Shown here: one piece after another, positions 25,721-34,832 of the stretch
Position numbering within the stretch: the first letter of the stretch is position 1
How the letters are laid out: each line of letters opens with the position of its first letter
Assembly: GCA_003553905.1 (NCBI GenBank)
Contig: PWEA01000025.1
Location: 1-55,624 of the forward strand
Length of the DNA: 55,624 nucleotides
Source of the DNA: Candidatus Aenigmatarchaeota archaeon
GTDB taxonomy: Archaea > Aenigmatarchaeota > Aenigmatarchaeia > PWEA01
Reading direction: 5' to 3'
Made by a program: the position numbers and the translations under genes
Notes under the pieces: model-generated
What the model was told of the DNA's origin: nothing
The model's input: only the letters and a program-made list of their open reading frames with translations
The model's database searches: none

Positions 25721-26893
25721 TCATTTATTGAGCATCCGTATACCCAACTCGTCGGATACACCTTCGTTTTTTTGTTCTGGGTTTTTAGAAGAGTTTTTTT
25801 CCTGGGATCTTGGACCCAGTATGTAAGGCGATTTGACTCCTGTGATTATAGCTATTACTTGCATACTTCCTTCGTACTCTGGAACAACTCTGGCGCCCCA
25901 TATTACCTGTGCCTGTGGATCCAACTGCTTCGATATTGATTCACCGATTTCGTTTATCTCATCCAGTTTGAGATCCTCGCCACCAATTACCTGAATTATT
26001 GCACCATCCGCTCCCTCGTACTTCATATCAAGCAATGGATGGTTCATGGCCTTCTGTGTTGCTTCTTCTGCCCTGCTACTTGAATCCGCCTCACCTATGC
26101 CTATTGAAGCTACGCCACCGTCTTTCATTATGGTCTTGACATCGGCGTAATCCAGGTTCACGAGCGAAGGCTGGGTTATTGTTTCACTTATCCCTTTGAT
26201 CATCGTTGAGATCAGTTCGTCGGCCACAGCAAAGGCCTGTTTTACAGGTAGATCACCGGCATAGTTGAGAAGTCTCTGGTTTTCTATCGCTATAACAGTG
26301 TCTGTAACCTTTCTCATTCTTTTGAGACCTTCTTCGGCCTTGACTATTCTCGTACCTTCCATCTTGAAAGGCATCGTAACTGCTGCCAGTACTATAGCTC
26401 CTTCGTTGTTTGCCATCTCAGCAACAACCGGAGCAGCTCCTGTGCCTGTTCCTCCACCAAGACCGCATGTAATAAAGACCATATCTGCGTCCTTAAGCTC
26501 TTCGCGAATCTCTCTCTGCGACTCCTCGGCAGACTTCTTACCTACTTCTGGTTTGCCGCCGGCACCTAAGCCTTTGGTAGTCTCTCGGCCTATTAACATC
26601 TTTTTGTCAGCATTTGAGGCACTCAGGTGTGAAGCATCTGTGTTAAGTGCCAAGGTTTCGGCACCATCTATCCCCATTTCTGTAAGTGTGGTGATAGTAT
26701 TGTTACCAGCTCCGCCTACTCCTACCACCTTTATCTGAGCCTGATTAATGTCTATATCAAACTCATCCTCCACTTCCTGGTGATCTATGCCGTCAGCCCC
26801 CCTAGGCAAGTTATGCACAGAATCATTGTTTTTTTGTTCTTTTTCTGATTTTTCGAAGTTTCTTTCAAAAGCGTTTTGAATTACGGAATCCAT
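25721..26893 (-). CDS. ftsZ: Cell division protein FtsZ (FtsZ2-type)
   Basis: GVGGAGNN and GLGGGTGTG tubulin signature; ISETITQPSLVNLDYAD resembles FtsZ2 rather than FtsZ1 (LDFAD); GGAGG SD before ATG 26893. Confidence 0.97.
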   Translation of the reverse strand: MDSVIQNAFERNFEKSEKEQKNNDSVHNLPRGADGIDHQEVEDEFDIDINQAQIKVVGVGGAGNNTITTLTEMGIDGAETLALNTDASHLSASNADKKMLIGRETTKGLGAGGKPEVGKKSAEESQREIREELKDADMVFITCGLGGGTGTGAAPVVAEMANNEGAIVLAAVTMPFKMEGTRIVKAEEGLKRMRKVTDTVIAIENQRLLNYAGDLPVKQAFAVADELISTMIKGISETITQPSLVNLDYADVKTIMKDGGVASIGIGEADSSSRAEEATQKAMNHPLLDMKYEGADGAIIQVIGGEDLKLDEINEIGESISKQLDPQAQVIWGARVVPEYEGSMQVIAIITGVKSPYILGPRSQEKNSSKNPEQKNEGVSDELGIRMLNK

Positions 26894-26956
26894 TTTTTTG
26901 TTCAACCTCCTTTATTATGTTTTTTGAAATATGTTTTTCAACATCCAAATCTTTTT

Positions 26957-27122
26957 AAGGTTTCATACGAAACCTTCTATTGCCCAAGAAATAGTTTCAG
27001 ATAAGTCTAACTCGCATAAGAAATCTGGTCTGCAAACTTGCCCAAGTTTGCGTGATTTCGGTTCGAATGCCCAACTTCCAACCGATGCCCAGTCGGATGG
27101 AAAATCGACTATACGTTATTAC
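26957..27122 (-). ncRNA. Candidate structured cis-regulatory leader or small RNA upstream of ftsZ with four UGGGCA motifs
   Basis: TGCCCA at 26981, 27039, 27068 and 27086 on the plus strand, three at the apex of inverted repeats; minus-strand BRE/TATA at about 27146-27160. Confidence 0.55.
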
Positions 27123-27145
27123 TATTCTAACATTTTAAGTTATAC

Positions 27146-27161
27146 TTTATAAAGCTTTCCC
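27146..27161 (-). promoter_or_regulatory. BRE-TATA promoter pointing toward ftsZ
   Basis: Minus strand GGGAAAGC-TTTATAAA. Confidence 0.55.
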
Positions 27162-27283
27162 TTGATATCAAATAAATCAACTGTATAAAATATATGTTAA
27201 TCTATACATATCAGGGGTCTTAGAAATCGTGTTTCCATTTTTATAAATTCAGAAATCTATTTAGTAGCGAAAGGTGTGGACAA

Positions 27284-27565
27284 ATGAAAAACAATGAACT
27301 AGAAAGAATTGCTTCTGCGGCATGTATAGATCTTACAGAAAACGAAAAGAAAGGCCTCGAAGAAGATATGGAAAATATACTTGACTGGTTTTCACAACTA
27401 GATAAAATAGATACCAAAGACGTAGAACCTGCATTTCACCCAATCGACATAAAAAACGAGATGAGAGAAGATGTGGTAGAGGAGTGTCTGGACAACGAAG
27501 ATGTGTTTTTAAATACAGAAAACTACGAAGACGGTTTTTTTAAAGGACCAAGCATAGGTGATTAG
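27284..27565 (+). CDS. gatC: Asp/Glu-tRNA amidotransferase subunit C
   Basis: ILDWFSQLDKIDT..VEP, MREDV and FFKGP motifs; precedes gatA. Confidence 0.92.
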   Translation: MKNNELERIASAACIDLTENEKKGLEEDMENILDWFSQLDKIDTKDVEPAFHPIDIKNEMREDVVEECLDNEDVFLNTENYEDGFFKGPSIGD

Positions 27566-27580
27566 ATCAGATACAAGGGC

Positions 27581-28966
27581 ATGAGTGCTTCGGAATTTGT
27601 TACAGGCGAAGTAGACTTAGAAAAATTTCATAAAAAACTGGAAAAAAGAATCGATGGATTAGTTGAACTCGGATTAATAAGACCCATTGACTATGAGTAC
27701 AGTGACAAAAAGGATGGTAAACTAAATGGCCTTCCGTTTACACTTAAGGATTCCATATGCTCAAAGAATGATCCAACCTACGCCGGCTCAAAAATATTGG
27801 AAGGCTATAAACCCCCGTTCGATGCAACCGTAACCAAAAAGATAAAGGACTCTGGAGGAACTATATTTGCTAAAACACACCAGGACGAGTTTGCCTTCGG
27901 AACTGCTTCGACAAACTGTGCATTCACAACGCCAAAAAATCCATGGGATAAAGAAAGATGTTGTGGAGGCTCGTCCGGTGGGGCAGCAGGACTATCCGCA
28001 GCTCTTGATCTACCGCATATAAATCTGGGTGAGTCAACGGGTGGATCTATATCAGAACCTGCTTCTTTTACTGGTGTCGTAGGACTAACACCTACCTATG
28101 GCCTCGTATCAAGATATGGACTGATATCCTTTGCAAACTCTCTGGACAAGATAGGTCCAATCTCAAGAAAAGTAGAAGATGCAGCTTTGGGGCTTGACAT
28201 AATATCTGGAAAGGACTTCAAAGACCAAACGACGGTAAAAAAAGAAACCAACTACAGAAAATCTATATCTGAAGATCTATCTGGAATGAAGATAGGGCTG
28301 CCGACGAGTTATTTTGACATAGCACAAGACGAAGTTTCCGAAGTTGTGATGAATGCAGTAGATGATATGAGAAGCCTGGGGGCTGAAACAGAGGAAATTG
28401 AACTTGAAATGACTGAAGCTGCACTCCCAGCATATTACATAATAGCTCCTGCGGAGGCTTCGACAAACCTGGCAAAATACTGTGGAATGAGATATGGGAT
28501 GGAAGGAGAACCAGATGGCAACTTCAGGAACTACTTCTCCAAAATAAGAGGCAAAGGCTTCGGAGAAGAAGTGAAAAGAAGGATAATGCTCGGGACCTTC
28601 ACAAGGATGGCAGGTTATCGAGACAAATACTATCTAAAAGCTCTAAAGGTCAGGAAAAAGATAATAAACGATTTCAAGCGTGCATTCAAAAAGGTAGATG
28701 TCCTGGCTGCTCCGACTGCTCCCATGGTTGCCCCAAAGATAGAGGAAGTAGAAGAAATGGCTCCTGTCGAACAGTACAAACTCGACAAACTCACCGCACC
28801 TATAAATCTCGCTGGAATGCCTCAACTTTCTGTTCCGTGTGGGTTCCATAAAAAAATGCCTGTTGGTCTCCACATACTAGGTGACCATTTCCAAGAGGAA
28901 GATATACTAAGAGCCGGACATAACTACGAAAAGAGGAGAGGTAAAATAGACTATCCGGAGGCATAA
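27581..28966 (+). CDS. gatA: Asp/Glu-tRNA amidotransferase subunit A
   Basis: Amidase signature GGSSGG, STGGSI and GFGEEVKRRIMLG. Confidence 0.96.
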   Translation: MSASEFVTGEVDLEKFHKKLEKRIDGLVELGLIRPIDYEYSDKKDGKLNGLPFTLKDSICSKNDPTYAGSKILEGYKPPFDATVTKKIKDSGGTIFAKTHQDEFAFGTASTNCAFTTPKNPWDKERCCGGSSGGAAGLSAALDLPHINLGESTGGSISEPASFTGVVGLTPTYGLVSRYGLISFANSLDKIGPISRKVEDAALGLDIISGKDFKDQTTVKKETNYRKSISEDLSGMKIGLPTSYFDIAQDEVSEVVMNAVDDMRSLGAETEEIELEMTEAALPAYYIIAPAEASTNLAKYCGMRYGMEGEPDGNFRNYFSKIRGKGFGEEVKRRIMLGTFTRMAGYRDKYYLKALKVRKKIINDFKRAFKKVDVLAAPTAPMVAPKIEEVEEMAPVEQYKLDKLTAPINLAGMPQLSVPCGFHKKMPVGLHILGDHFQEEDILRAGHNYEKRRGKIDYPEA

Positions 28967-28967
28967 A

Positions 28968-30386
28968 ATGAGCGAAGAAAACGTAAAGATAGGTCTCGAG
29001 ACCCATTTGCAGCTATTAACAGACTCTAAGCTATTCTGTGGCTGCCCAACCACAGGCAACGATAATCCAAATACACGGGTTTGTCCAACGTGTTTGGGGA
29101 TGCCAGGATCAAGACCTAGAATAAACAAAAGGGCTATAGAGATGGGCATAAAGGTTGCCGCAGCACTGGGTTGTGAAACTCCCGATGAGATGAACTTTTC
29201 AAGAAAAACCTACTTCTATCCCGACATGCCTAAAAACTTCCAGATAACACAGTTCTCAATTCCTGTAGGCACAAACGGTGAAGTTACAATGGAACTAGAC
29301 AGCCAAGAAAAGACTGTAAGAATAAAAAGGGTTCATATTGAAGAAGACCCTGGTAAGCTTAAACATATCGGTGGAAATATAACTTCTTCTGACTATGTTC
29401 TTATAGACTACAACAGGAGCGGAGTACCTCTATGTGAAATAGTAACAAAACCCGACCTTAAAAGCCCCGAAGAAGCAAGAACCTTCCTGAGAAAACTATC
29501 AGAAATATTTGAATATCTCGGTGTTTACGATACAACAGGTGAGGCAACAATACGTAGCGATGCAAACATATCAACAGGTGGCGAAAGAGCTGAGGTCAAG
29601 AATATAACTGGTTTCAAGGATACGGAAAAGGCGCTTAGGTATGAAATAAGAAGACAGGTAAACCTGAAGAAACGTGGCAGAAAGGTAAAAAGAGAAACAA
29701 GAGGATACGATGATAAATCAGGGACTACGAAGCCCCTCAGAACCAAGGAACAGGAAGCTGATTACGGTTATATCTTCGAGCCGGATCTGACGAGGATAGA
29801 GCTAAGAGACAGTTGGGTAAATACACTTGAAAAAGAGATTCCCGAACTTCCACATCAAAAAAAGAGAAGGTACGTGGACGAATACCAACTATCAAAGGAA
29901 GTTGCCGCAGCGATATGTTCAGACTTTGATATGACAAAGATATTTGAAGATATAATAAACAAGGGAAAGAACGTAAGCATCGTTGCAAACATTCTCTCTG
30001 GCCCCGTTAAAAAGGTATTAAACTACAACGAAATCCGTTTGGCTGAATCAGAAATCGATGAACAAAAGATTATTAAAATAGTGGATATGGTTGAAAACAA
30101 AGAAATAACAGACAGAAATGCAGAGATGATAATAAGGGATATAGCTATCGAGGATAAGGATCCGGAAGATGTGAAGAAGGAAAAGGGTCTTGGGGCTGTA
30201 ACCGACGACAAAATAGATGACATGGTAGACGAAGTTCTGAGAGAAAACGAAGATGTGGTCGAGGACTATATGAACGGCAAAGGGGAAGCTCTAAATCACC
30301 TGGTGGGTAAGATCATGGAAAAGTCTAGAGGAAATGCAGACCCACGGAATGCAAGAGATACCCTCAAAAAGAGGATTGAAAACTAG
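28968..30386 (+). CDS. gatB: Asp/Glu-tRNA amidotransferase subunit B
   Basis: IGLETHLQL, SKLFC, YFYPDMPK, EEDPG, DYNRSGVPL and DANIS motifs. Confidence 0.97.
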   Translation: MSEENVKIGLETHLQLLTDSKLFCGCPTTGNDNPNTRVCPTCLGMPGSRPRINKRAIEMGIKVAAALGCETPDEMNFSRKTYFYPDMPKNFQITQFSIPVGTNGEVTMELDSQEKTVRIKRVHIEEDPGKLKHIGGNITSSDYVLIDYNRSGVPLCEIVTKPDLKSPEEARTFLRKLSEIFEYLGVYDTTGEATIRSDANISTGGERAEVKNITGFKDTEKALRYEIRRQVNLKKRGRKVKRETRGYDDKSGTTKPLRTKEQEADYGYIFEPDLTRIELRDSWVNTLEKEIPELPHQKKRRYVDEYQLSKEVAAAICSDFDMTKIFEDIINKGKNVSIVANILSGPVKKVLNYNEIRLAESEIDEQKIIKIVDMVENKEITDRNAEMIIRDIAIEDKDPEDVKKEKGLGAVTDDKIDDMVDEVLRENEDVVEDYMNGKGEALNHLVGKIMEKSRGNADPRNARDTLKKRIEN

Positions 30387-30992
30387 ATGCGTGAATTTAT
30401 AGTATACTCAGAAAAGGGCGCTACATCTTCCAATTTTAGTATAAAAGATCTTCCCGGGAGCGGAGGTAGAATGGATCTCATTGCAAGATGTGTTATTTCT
30501 GCGCTCTGGTTATCGAAAGACATCAGAAGAAACAGCCGCATAATCTTCTCCCTTAATGGACCGCCACAGGAGCCAGTGGCATTGGAGTTCGACGGATCAG
30601 CTCTCGAAAGAGTGACGCCCGATGAAAGAAATATAGCAATCTGGATAAAAAAATCCTTTGGAAGAAAAGAGATTGAAAAAAAGTGGAAGGAGGTACATAA
30701 AGGTATCAGAATTTCAAAGAGAAAGTTTGAAGATATAATAAAAGACAAAAAAGATAAAAAATTATACATACTGAATGAAGACGGCGATGATATAAGAAAT
30801 GTAGAAATCGATGGAGACCCTGTTTTTATACTTGGTGATCACATTGGACTCCCAAATAAAAAATTAAAGTTCGTCCAGGATCACAACGGGGAAAAGATTT
30901 CACTTGGACCGAAGAGCTACTTCACTACACATTCTATAACACTTACACACAACGAATTGGACAGACAAACCACAGCACAAGTAAATAAATAA
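30387..30992 (+). CDS. trmY: tRNA (pseudouridine54-N1)-methyltransferase
   Basis: DLPGSGGRMD, PDERN, FILGDHIG, ISLGP and HNELD SPOUT motifs. Confidence 0.95.
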   Translation: MREFIVYSEKGATSSNFSIKDLPGSGGRMDLIARCVISALWLSKDIRRNSRIIFSLNGPPQEPVALEFDGSALERVTPDERNIAIWIKKSFGRKEIEKKWKEVHKGIRISKRKFEDIIKDKKDKKLYILNEDGDDIRNVEIDGDPVFILGDHIGLPNKKLKFVQDHNGEKISLGPKSYFTTHSITLTHNELDRQTTAQVNK

Positions 30993-31050
30993 ATCCAAGT
31001 TCATTAGTTGTCAAGAAGGGTCAAATATAAAAACTATGGTGTGTAATTAT

Positions 31051-31127
31051 GGGCCCGTAGCCTAGTCAGGATTCAAGGCGGCTGGCTTCGGACCAGCAGA
31101 TCGGGGGTTCAAATCCCTCCGGGCCCG
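31051..31127 (+). tRNA. tRNA-Arg(TCG)
   Basis: GGGCCCG/CGGGCCC acceptor stem; GCTGG-CTTCGGA-CCAGC anticodon arm. Confidence 0.96.
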
Positions 31128-31160
31128 CTATACAAATCCTGGACCTGGTTATCTTTGTAA

Positions 31161-31249
31161 GCTCCCGTAGTCTAGCCCGGCCAAAGTTTTGCGGCTAAGG
31201 ATACGAGCCTCTCGAGCTCGGGACCCGGGTTCGAATCCCGGCGGGAGCA
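31161..31249 (+). tRNA. tRNA-Glu(CTC) with 14-nt non-canonical D-arm intron at position 21/22 (31185-31198)
   Basis: Aligns with tRNA-Glu(TTC) after removing AGTTTTGCGGCTAA; helix GGCC/GGCT with two AA|N bulges. Confidence 0.9.
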
Positions 31250-31351
31250 CTATTTTCATCACATACCAACAGGTAAATGCAATAAAATAAGAAAAAGAAA
31301 ATGTAAATAAGAAATTAAATCTGTTTTGTAAGAATCTCAAAGCTGAGTTCT

Positions 31352-31546
31352 CTATTCTACCTTCTTTACGTTAACAGCTCTTGGTCCTTTTTCGCTTTCC
31401 TCCTGTTCAAACTCTACTTCGTCGCCTTCGTTAAGATGACCTTCTTCCACATCGCTTGCGTGAACAAAAAGGTCCTCGTCTGCGTCTTCAGGTTCAATGA
31501 AACCGTAGTTCTTCTGTGTATTGAAGAACTTTACTGTACCTTTCAC
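31352..31546 (-). CDS. csp: Cold-shock protein (CspA family)
   Basis: KGTVKFFN..YGFI and DLFVH (RNP1/RNP2) motifs; GGAGGTGA SD then GTG 31546. Confidence 0.96.
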   Translation of the reverse strand: MKGTVKFFNTQKNYGFIEPEDADEDLFVHASDVEEGHLNEGDEVEFEQEESEKGPRAVNVKKVE

Positions 31547-31610
31547 AAAATTCACCTCCTAACTGACTTCGCTTTGAACTCCAAGTATTTAAGTGTGTTG
31601 CCTGTTGCAG

Positions 31611-32072
31611 CTATATGTCAAAACCCTTCTGATATTCGTAGCTAACAAGACCGATAGAAAGTATAGACCCACCAAAATAAGGAAGGATTCCGTATGTTCC
31701 AAAAAGATAGGCTACCATAGATGAAACATAGAAGTAGATGATAATAGCATATGGGATAATCCACCAAACGTTTTTCCAGTGATTCTTAACAATAGCTTTC
31801 TTTTCGTCGTCATCCAGTTCCCCCAAAAACATATCCTTATAGCTTGACCCGTTGGTTGAAACGCTTCTATTCCAGTTTTCCTTAACATCTTTCCAACAGT
31901 AATTAATCATAGGATATGTGGTAAGAAGCCCCAGTATGAAGACAAATATCCAGAGATTTGCCTGCCAAAGGCTTAAAACAGATGCAAGTGTATAACCAAG
32001 GATTAAAAAGCTCATACCGTAAAGTATCAAAGATATCTTCTTAGAAAACGTCACCTTGGTCAAAAAGCTCAT
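31611..32072 (-). CDS. Hypothetical membrane protein (about 4 TM)
   Basis: Four hydrophobic segments. Confidence 0.65.
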   Translation of the reverse strand: MSFLTKVTFSKKISLILYGMSFLILGYTLASVLSLWQANLWIFVFILGLLTTYPMINYCWKDVKENWNRSVSTNGSSYKDMFLGELDDDEKKAIVKNHWKNVWWIIPYAIIIYFYVSSMVAYLFGTYGILPYFGGSILSIGLVSYEYQKGFDI

Positions 32073-32130
32073 ACCAACATTTAGATATGAAGATTAATAA
32101 AATAGATGGTAAAGAAAATAGAAAGAAGTT

Positions 32131-32397
32131 CTATGCTACCTTGCTCTTCTTCTTCTCTTCGATTAGCTCGTTTATCTCCTGATTGTTTTTCTTCCAGAAC
32201 TTAAACTCTGCATCCGTCATCGCATAAGGAAGTTCGATGTTCTCGATAAGTTCGTACTTTCTTCCCTTTACCTTCTTCTTACCGTTAACTTCCACAACGT
32301 CTGCTTTAAGCCTAACCTTAGACTTCTGCTTCCCAGGTTTAACTAGGATCTTGTCTTCTGAATCTATTCTCACAATCGATGCGTGCTCGTATATCAT
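32131..32397 (-). CDS. Small basic hypothetical protein
   Basis: GGGGGTG SD; Lys-rich 88-aa ORF with its own TATA-like box upstream. Confidence 0.65.
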   Translation of the reverse strand: MIYEHASIVRIDSEDKILVKPGKQKSKVRLKADVVEVNGKKKVKGRKYELIENIELPYAMTDAEFKFWKKNNQEINELIEEKKKSKVA

Positions 32398-32555
32398 GTA
32401 ATACACCCCCTAGGAACTATCACGATTTTTAGACTTTTACGTTTCGGGACTTATAGTTTACTTTATGTTCAAACTATTTAAGTCTTTTCCCTCGTTTGTC
32501 GAACATTTGACATCAAATAAAAATATATAAACCACAGTTAGAAAATCATAACCAA

Positions 32556-32639
32556 GCGGGGATACCCGAGTGGTCAAAGGGGCTAGGTTCAGGGCCTAGT
32601 GGTTTAGTACCTTCGTCGGTTCGAATCCGACTCCCCGCA
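32556..32639 (+). tRNA. tRNA-Leu(CAG)
   Basis: GCGGGGA/TCCCCGC acceptor stem; CTAGG-TTCAGGG-CCTAG anticodon arm; long variable arm. Confidence 0.97.
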
Positions 32640-32666
32640 TAAAACAGAAAATAGAACTTTGTTTAT

Positions 32667-33023
32667 TCATCTAATTTCAAGTTCGCCGAGTTCTTTGAAA
32701 AACTTCTCGGCGGCTTCATCGGAAACCTGTTTTGCAAAAATACTATAAGCCTCAAGAATGCCATAGTCCCTGGCACCGGCCCTTATCTTTTCAACCAAAT
32801 CCTCGGATATTTCCGGCAGATCCTCCTCATCCAGGTCTATAAACAGACTCATCTCTTCATTCTCATCCATCTTTTCAAAGTCATCTGGCATAATTGTCCT
32901 AAACTCGTCCATGCCCATTGACTCCATATGATGTTTATGGGCACCACAAAAAGGACATGTATCTGGTTTTTCCGTTCCTAGATAAACTTCACCACATATT
33001 TCACATCGACATGCCTTGTACAT
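32667..33023 (-). CDS. Rubredoxin-like metal-binding domain plus short ferritin-like helical remnant
   Basis: CEICG...CPFCGA; C-terminal helices end at ELGELEIR. Confidence 0.7.
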   Translation of the reverse strand: MYKACRCEICGEVYLGTEKPDTCPFCGAHKHHMESMGMDEFRTIMPDDFEKMDENEEMSLFIDLDEEDLPEISEDLVEKIRAGARDYGILEAYSIFAKQVSDEAAEKFFKELGELEIR

Positions 33024-33148
33024 TGTATAGTGATTGGCCTGAAAACTTAAAAAGTTCAAACTCTTGTAATATCAAATTAACTACTATAGAGTTGTAAATA
33101 AGCAAAACCTTTATATACTAGGAATGTTAATTACTACTTGGTGACAAT

Positions 33149-33583
33149 ATGTCTGAATATGTTGAAATAGGTCCTGTTAATGGACTTCTAATAAAAGAAA
33201 AGGATGGTGAAAGGGAGTTTCTAGGATACGATGAAACCGATGCCATAAAGATCAAGGAAACCTACAAAGCACCAGAGGGTTCGGAAGAAGGTTATGTGGG
33301 CATTCCTAAGGAAATAAGAGACGAACTTGAGTCGGAGATCAGCATGAATATCAACGATGTTGTTGTGAGGAACGAAAAAAACGGAATGTATTCTAAACAA
33401 AAACCAGCAAAGACTGCTGAAAAGCTCACAAGCGACGGTGAATACAGCGCAGACAATCCCGAAAACCATGCAGTTATGACAGATGATCTGATAAAGTTCC
33501 TGGGACTTGAAAAGGTGGACGAGAGGGATACAGAAGAGTTCTCAGAAAAGTATGAGGGTTTCGACCTCTATATCAGCTACTGA
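33149..33583 (+). CDS. Acidic hypothetical protein
   Basis: GGTGA SD and TTTATATA promoter; YVGIPKEIRDEL is weakly AbrB-like. Confidence 0.65.
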   Translation: MSEYVEIGPVNGLLIKEKDGEREFLGYDETDAIKIKETYKAPEGSEEGYVGIPKEIRDELESEISMNINDVVVRNEKNGMYSKQKPAKTAEKLTSDGEYSADNPENHAVMTDDLIKFLGLEKVDERDTEEFSEKYEGFDLYISY

Positions 33584-33652
33584 TCCCTCAAAATTCTTTA
33601 TTTTAATGAACTAGATGACCAACATAGTTTTGACCAGAGTGAAACTGATCAG

Positions 33653-34765
33653 TCAACGACAAACCATGTCCTCAACTATGTAAGAAGCTAGACCCGTTTC
33701 CTGCATCTTATCAACAAAGCCATCATCTGCTCCGGGTGGAAGAAAATCATCACAGTCATAGACTTTTTTCAAATTTTTCCAGCCAGGGTTCTCTCCGTTT
33801 ATTTCTAAAAAAGCAAGATCACCTGTCTCGTTATCAACAAGATAGTCTATAGCAGAAACCCTTGCCCCACTTTTTTTGTGTATTAACAGTGAAACATCTT
33901 TCTGGAAGTCATCCAAATCAATGTGTTCCTTTGATTTACTGTTCTGTGCCCTGATATCACCTTCTTCTACCTCTCTTACATAAGAACCGTATATATCCTC
34001 CTCGGAGTTACCGGGGCCGACCATCTGAACTCTAAGCGAAGGAGCTTCAAACATATCCTGAACCAGGAAATCCTTTCTTTCGTAGTTGTCTATATATGAT
34101 TTATATTTGGATCCTGTATAAATTGGCATTATGCCGTTCCCTCCTCTGTCATCACACGGCTTCAATACCTGTGATTTATGGGCTCCCTGCAATCTCCTAC
34201 GTACATAGTCCTTAACGTCACTTTTTTCTTCTGGGCCGGGGTTCTTAAGGTTAAAAATCCTTGTGGTGGGTACAACATCACTCACTTTTTTATCCATTAT
34301 TTCTTCATCCCAACGCGAAATATCGATAGTAGTTAATGCCTTATCATTACAATATTCAATAGAATCTAATGTGTTGGTCATAAACCGTTCATGGTCTTCT
34401 TCTATCTCTGATAGAGCTTTCTTAGCAACGAAAACATCTATATCGGAACCCTTTGGTCTGAAGCCTCTGATTCTCAGATGATCAACATCGGAAAACTTAT
34501 CAAAAAAGTTAACATCACCCTTTTCGGATGCAGGTAACCATTTCCTTCTCTTGAAACCATCGGAATCGTCAAGGGGATAGTAATCCTTTTTCTTTCTTTC
34601 CTTGTATCTAAACTCCCCATCTTCAAAAAATATATCCTGTGGATTTATGACAAGATGTTCAACACTGTCTTGATAGTTCTCGATTTCCCAGATCTCATCC
34701 CAGAGACCTTTGCCCTTCTTTGGCTTTTTAGTACATGGAGTTACGTAACCTACAGTCGTTGTCAT
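33653..34765 (-). CDS. ATP-grasp ligase (RimK/glutathione synthetase-like)
   Basis: CNDKALT, VLKP...GGNGI, FLVQD and AIDYL...FLEINGENPG motifs. Confidence 0.8.
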   Translation of the reverse strand: MTTTVGYVTPCTKKPKKGKGLWDEIWEIENYQDSVEHLVINPQDIFFEDGEFRYKERKKKDYYPLDDSDGFKRRKWLPASEKGDVNFFDKFSDVDHLRIRGFRPKGSDIDVFVAKKALSEIEEDHERFMTNTLDSIEYCNDKALTTIDISRWDEEIMDKKVSDVVPTTRIFNLKNPGPEEKSDVKDYVRRRLQGAHKSQVLKPCDDRGGNGIMPIYTGSKYKSYIDNYERKDFLVQDMFEAPSLRVQMVGPGNSEEDIYGSYVREVEEGDIRAQNSKSKEHIDLDDFQKDVSLLIHKKSGARVSAIDYLVDNETGDLAFLEINGENPGWKNLKKVYDCDDFLPPGADDGFVDKMQETGLASYIVEDMVCR

Positions 34766-34832
34766 ACAGGTCTAAGGCTTTGTAAACAAGGATTTAAAGC
34801 TTATGGTTGGAAAAATAAATAAGAAAGGTGGT

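Noticed and set aside
26931-27152. 73-aa plus-strand ORF, or a cdrS gene upstream of ftsZ
   Set aside because: Wrong strand for cdrS, no RHH pattern and atypical composition; the region is better explained as structured non-coding sequence
31149-31340. 63-aa minus-strand ORF
   Set aside because: Antisense to tRNA-Glu(CTC)
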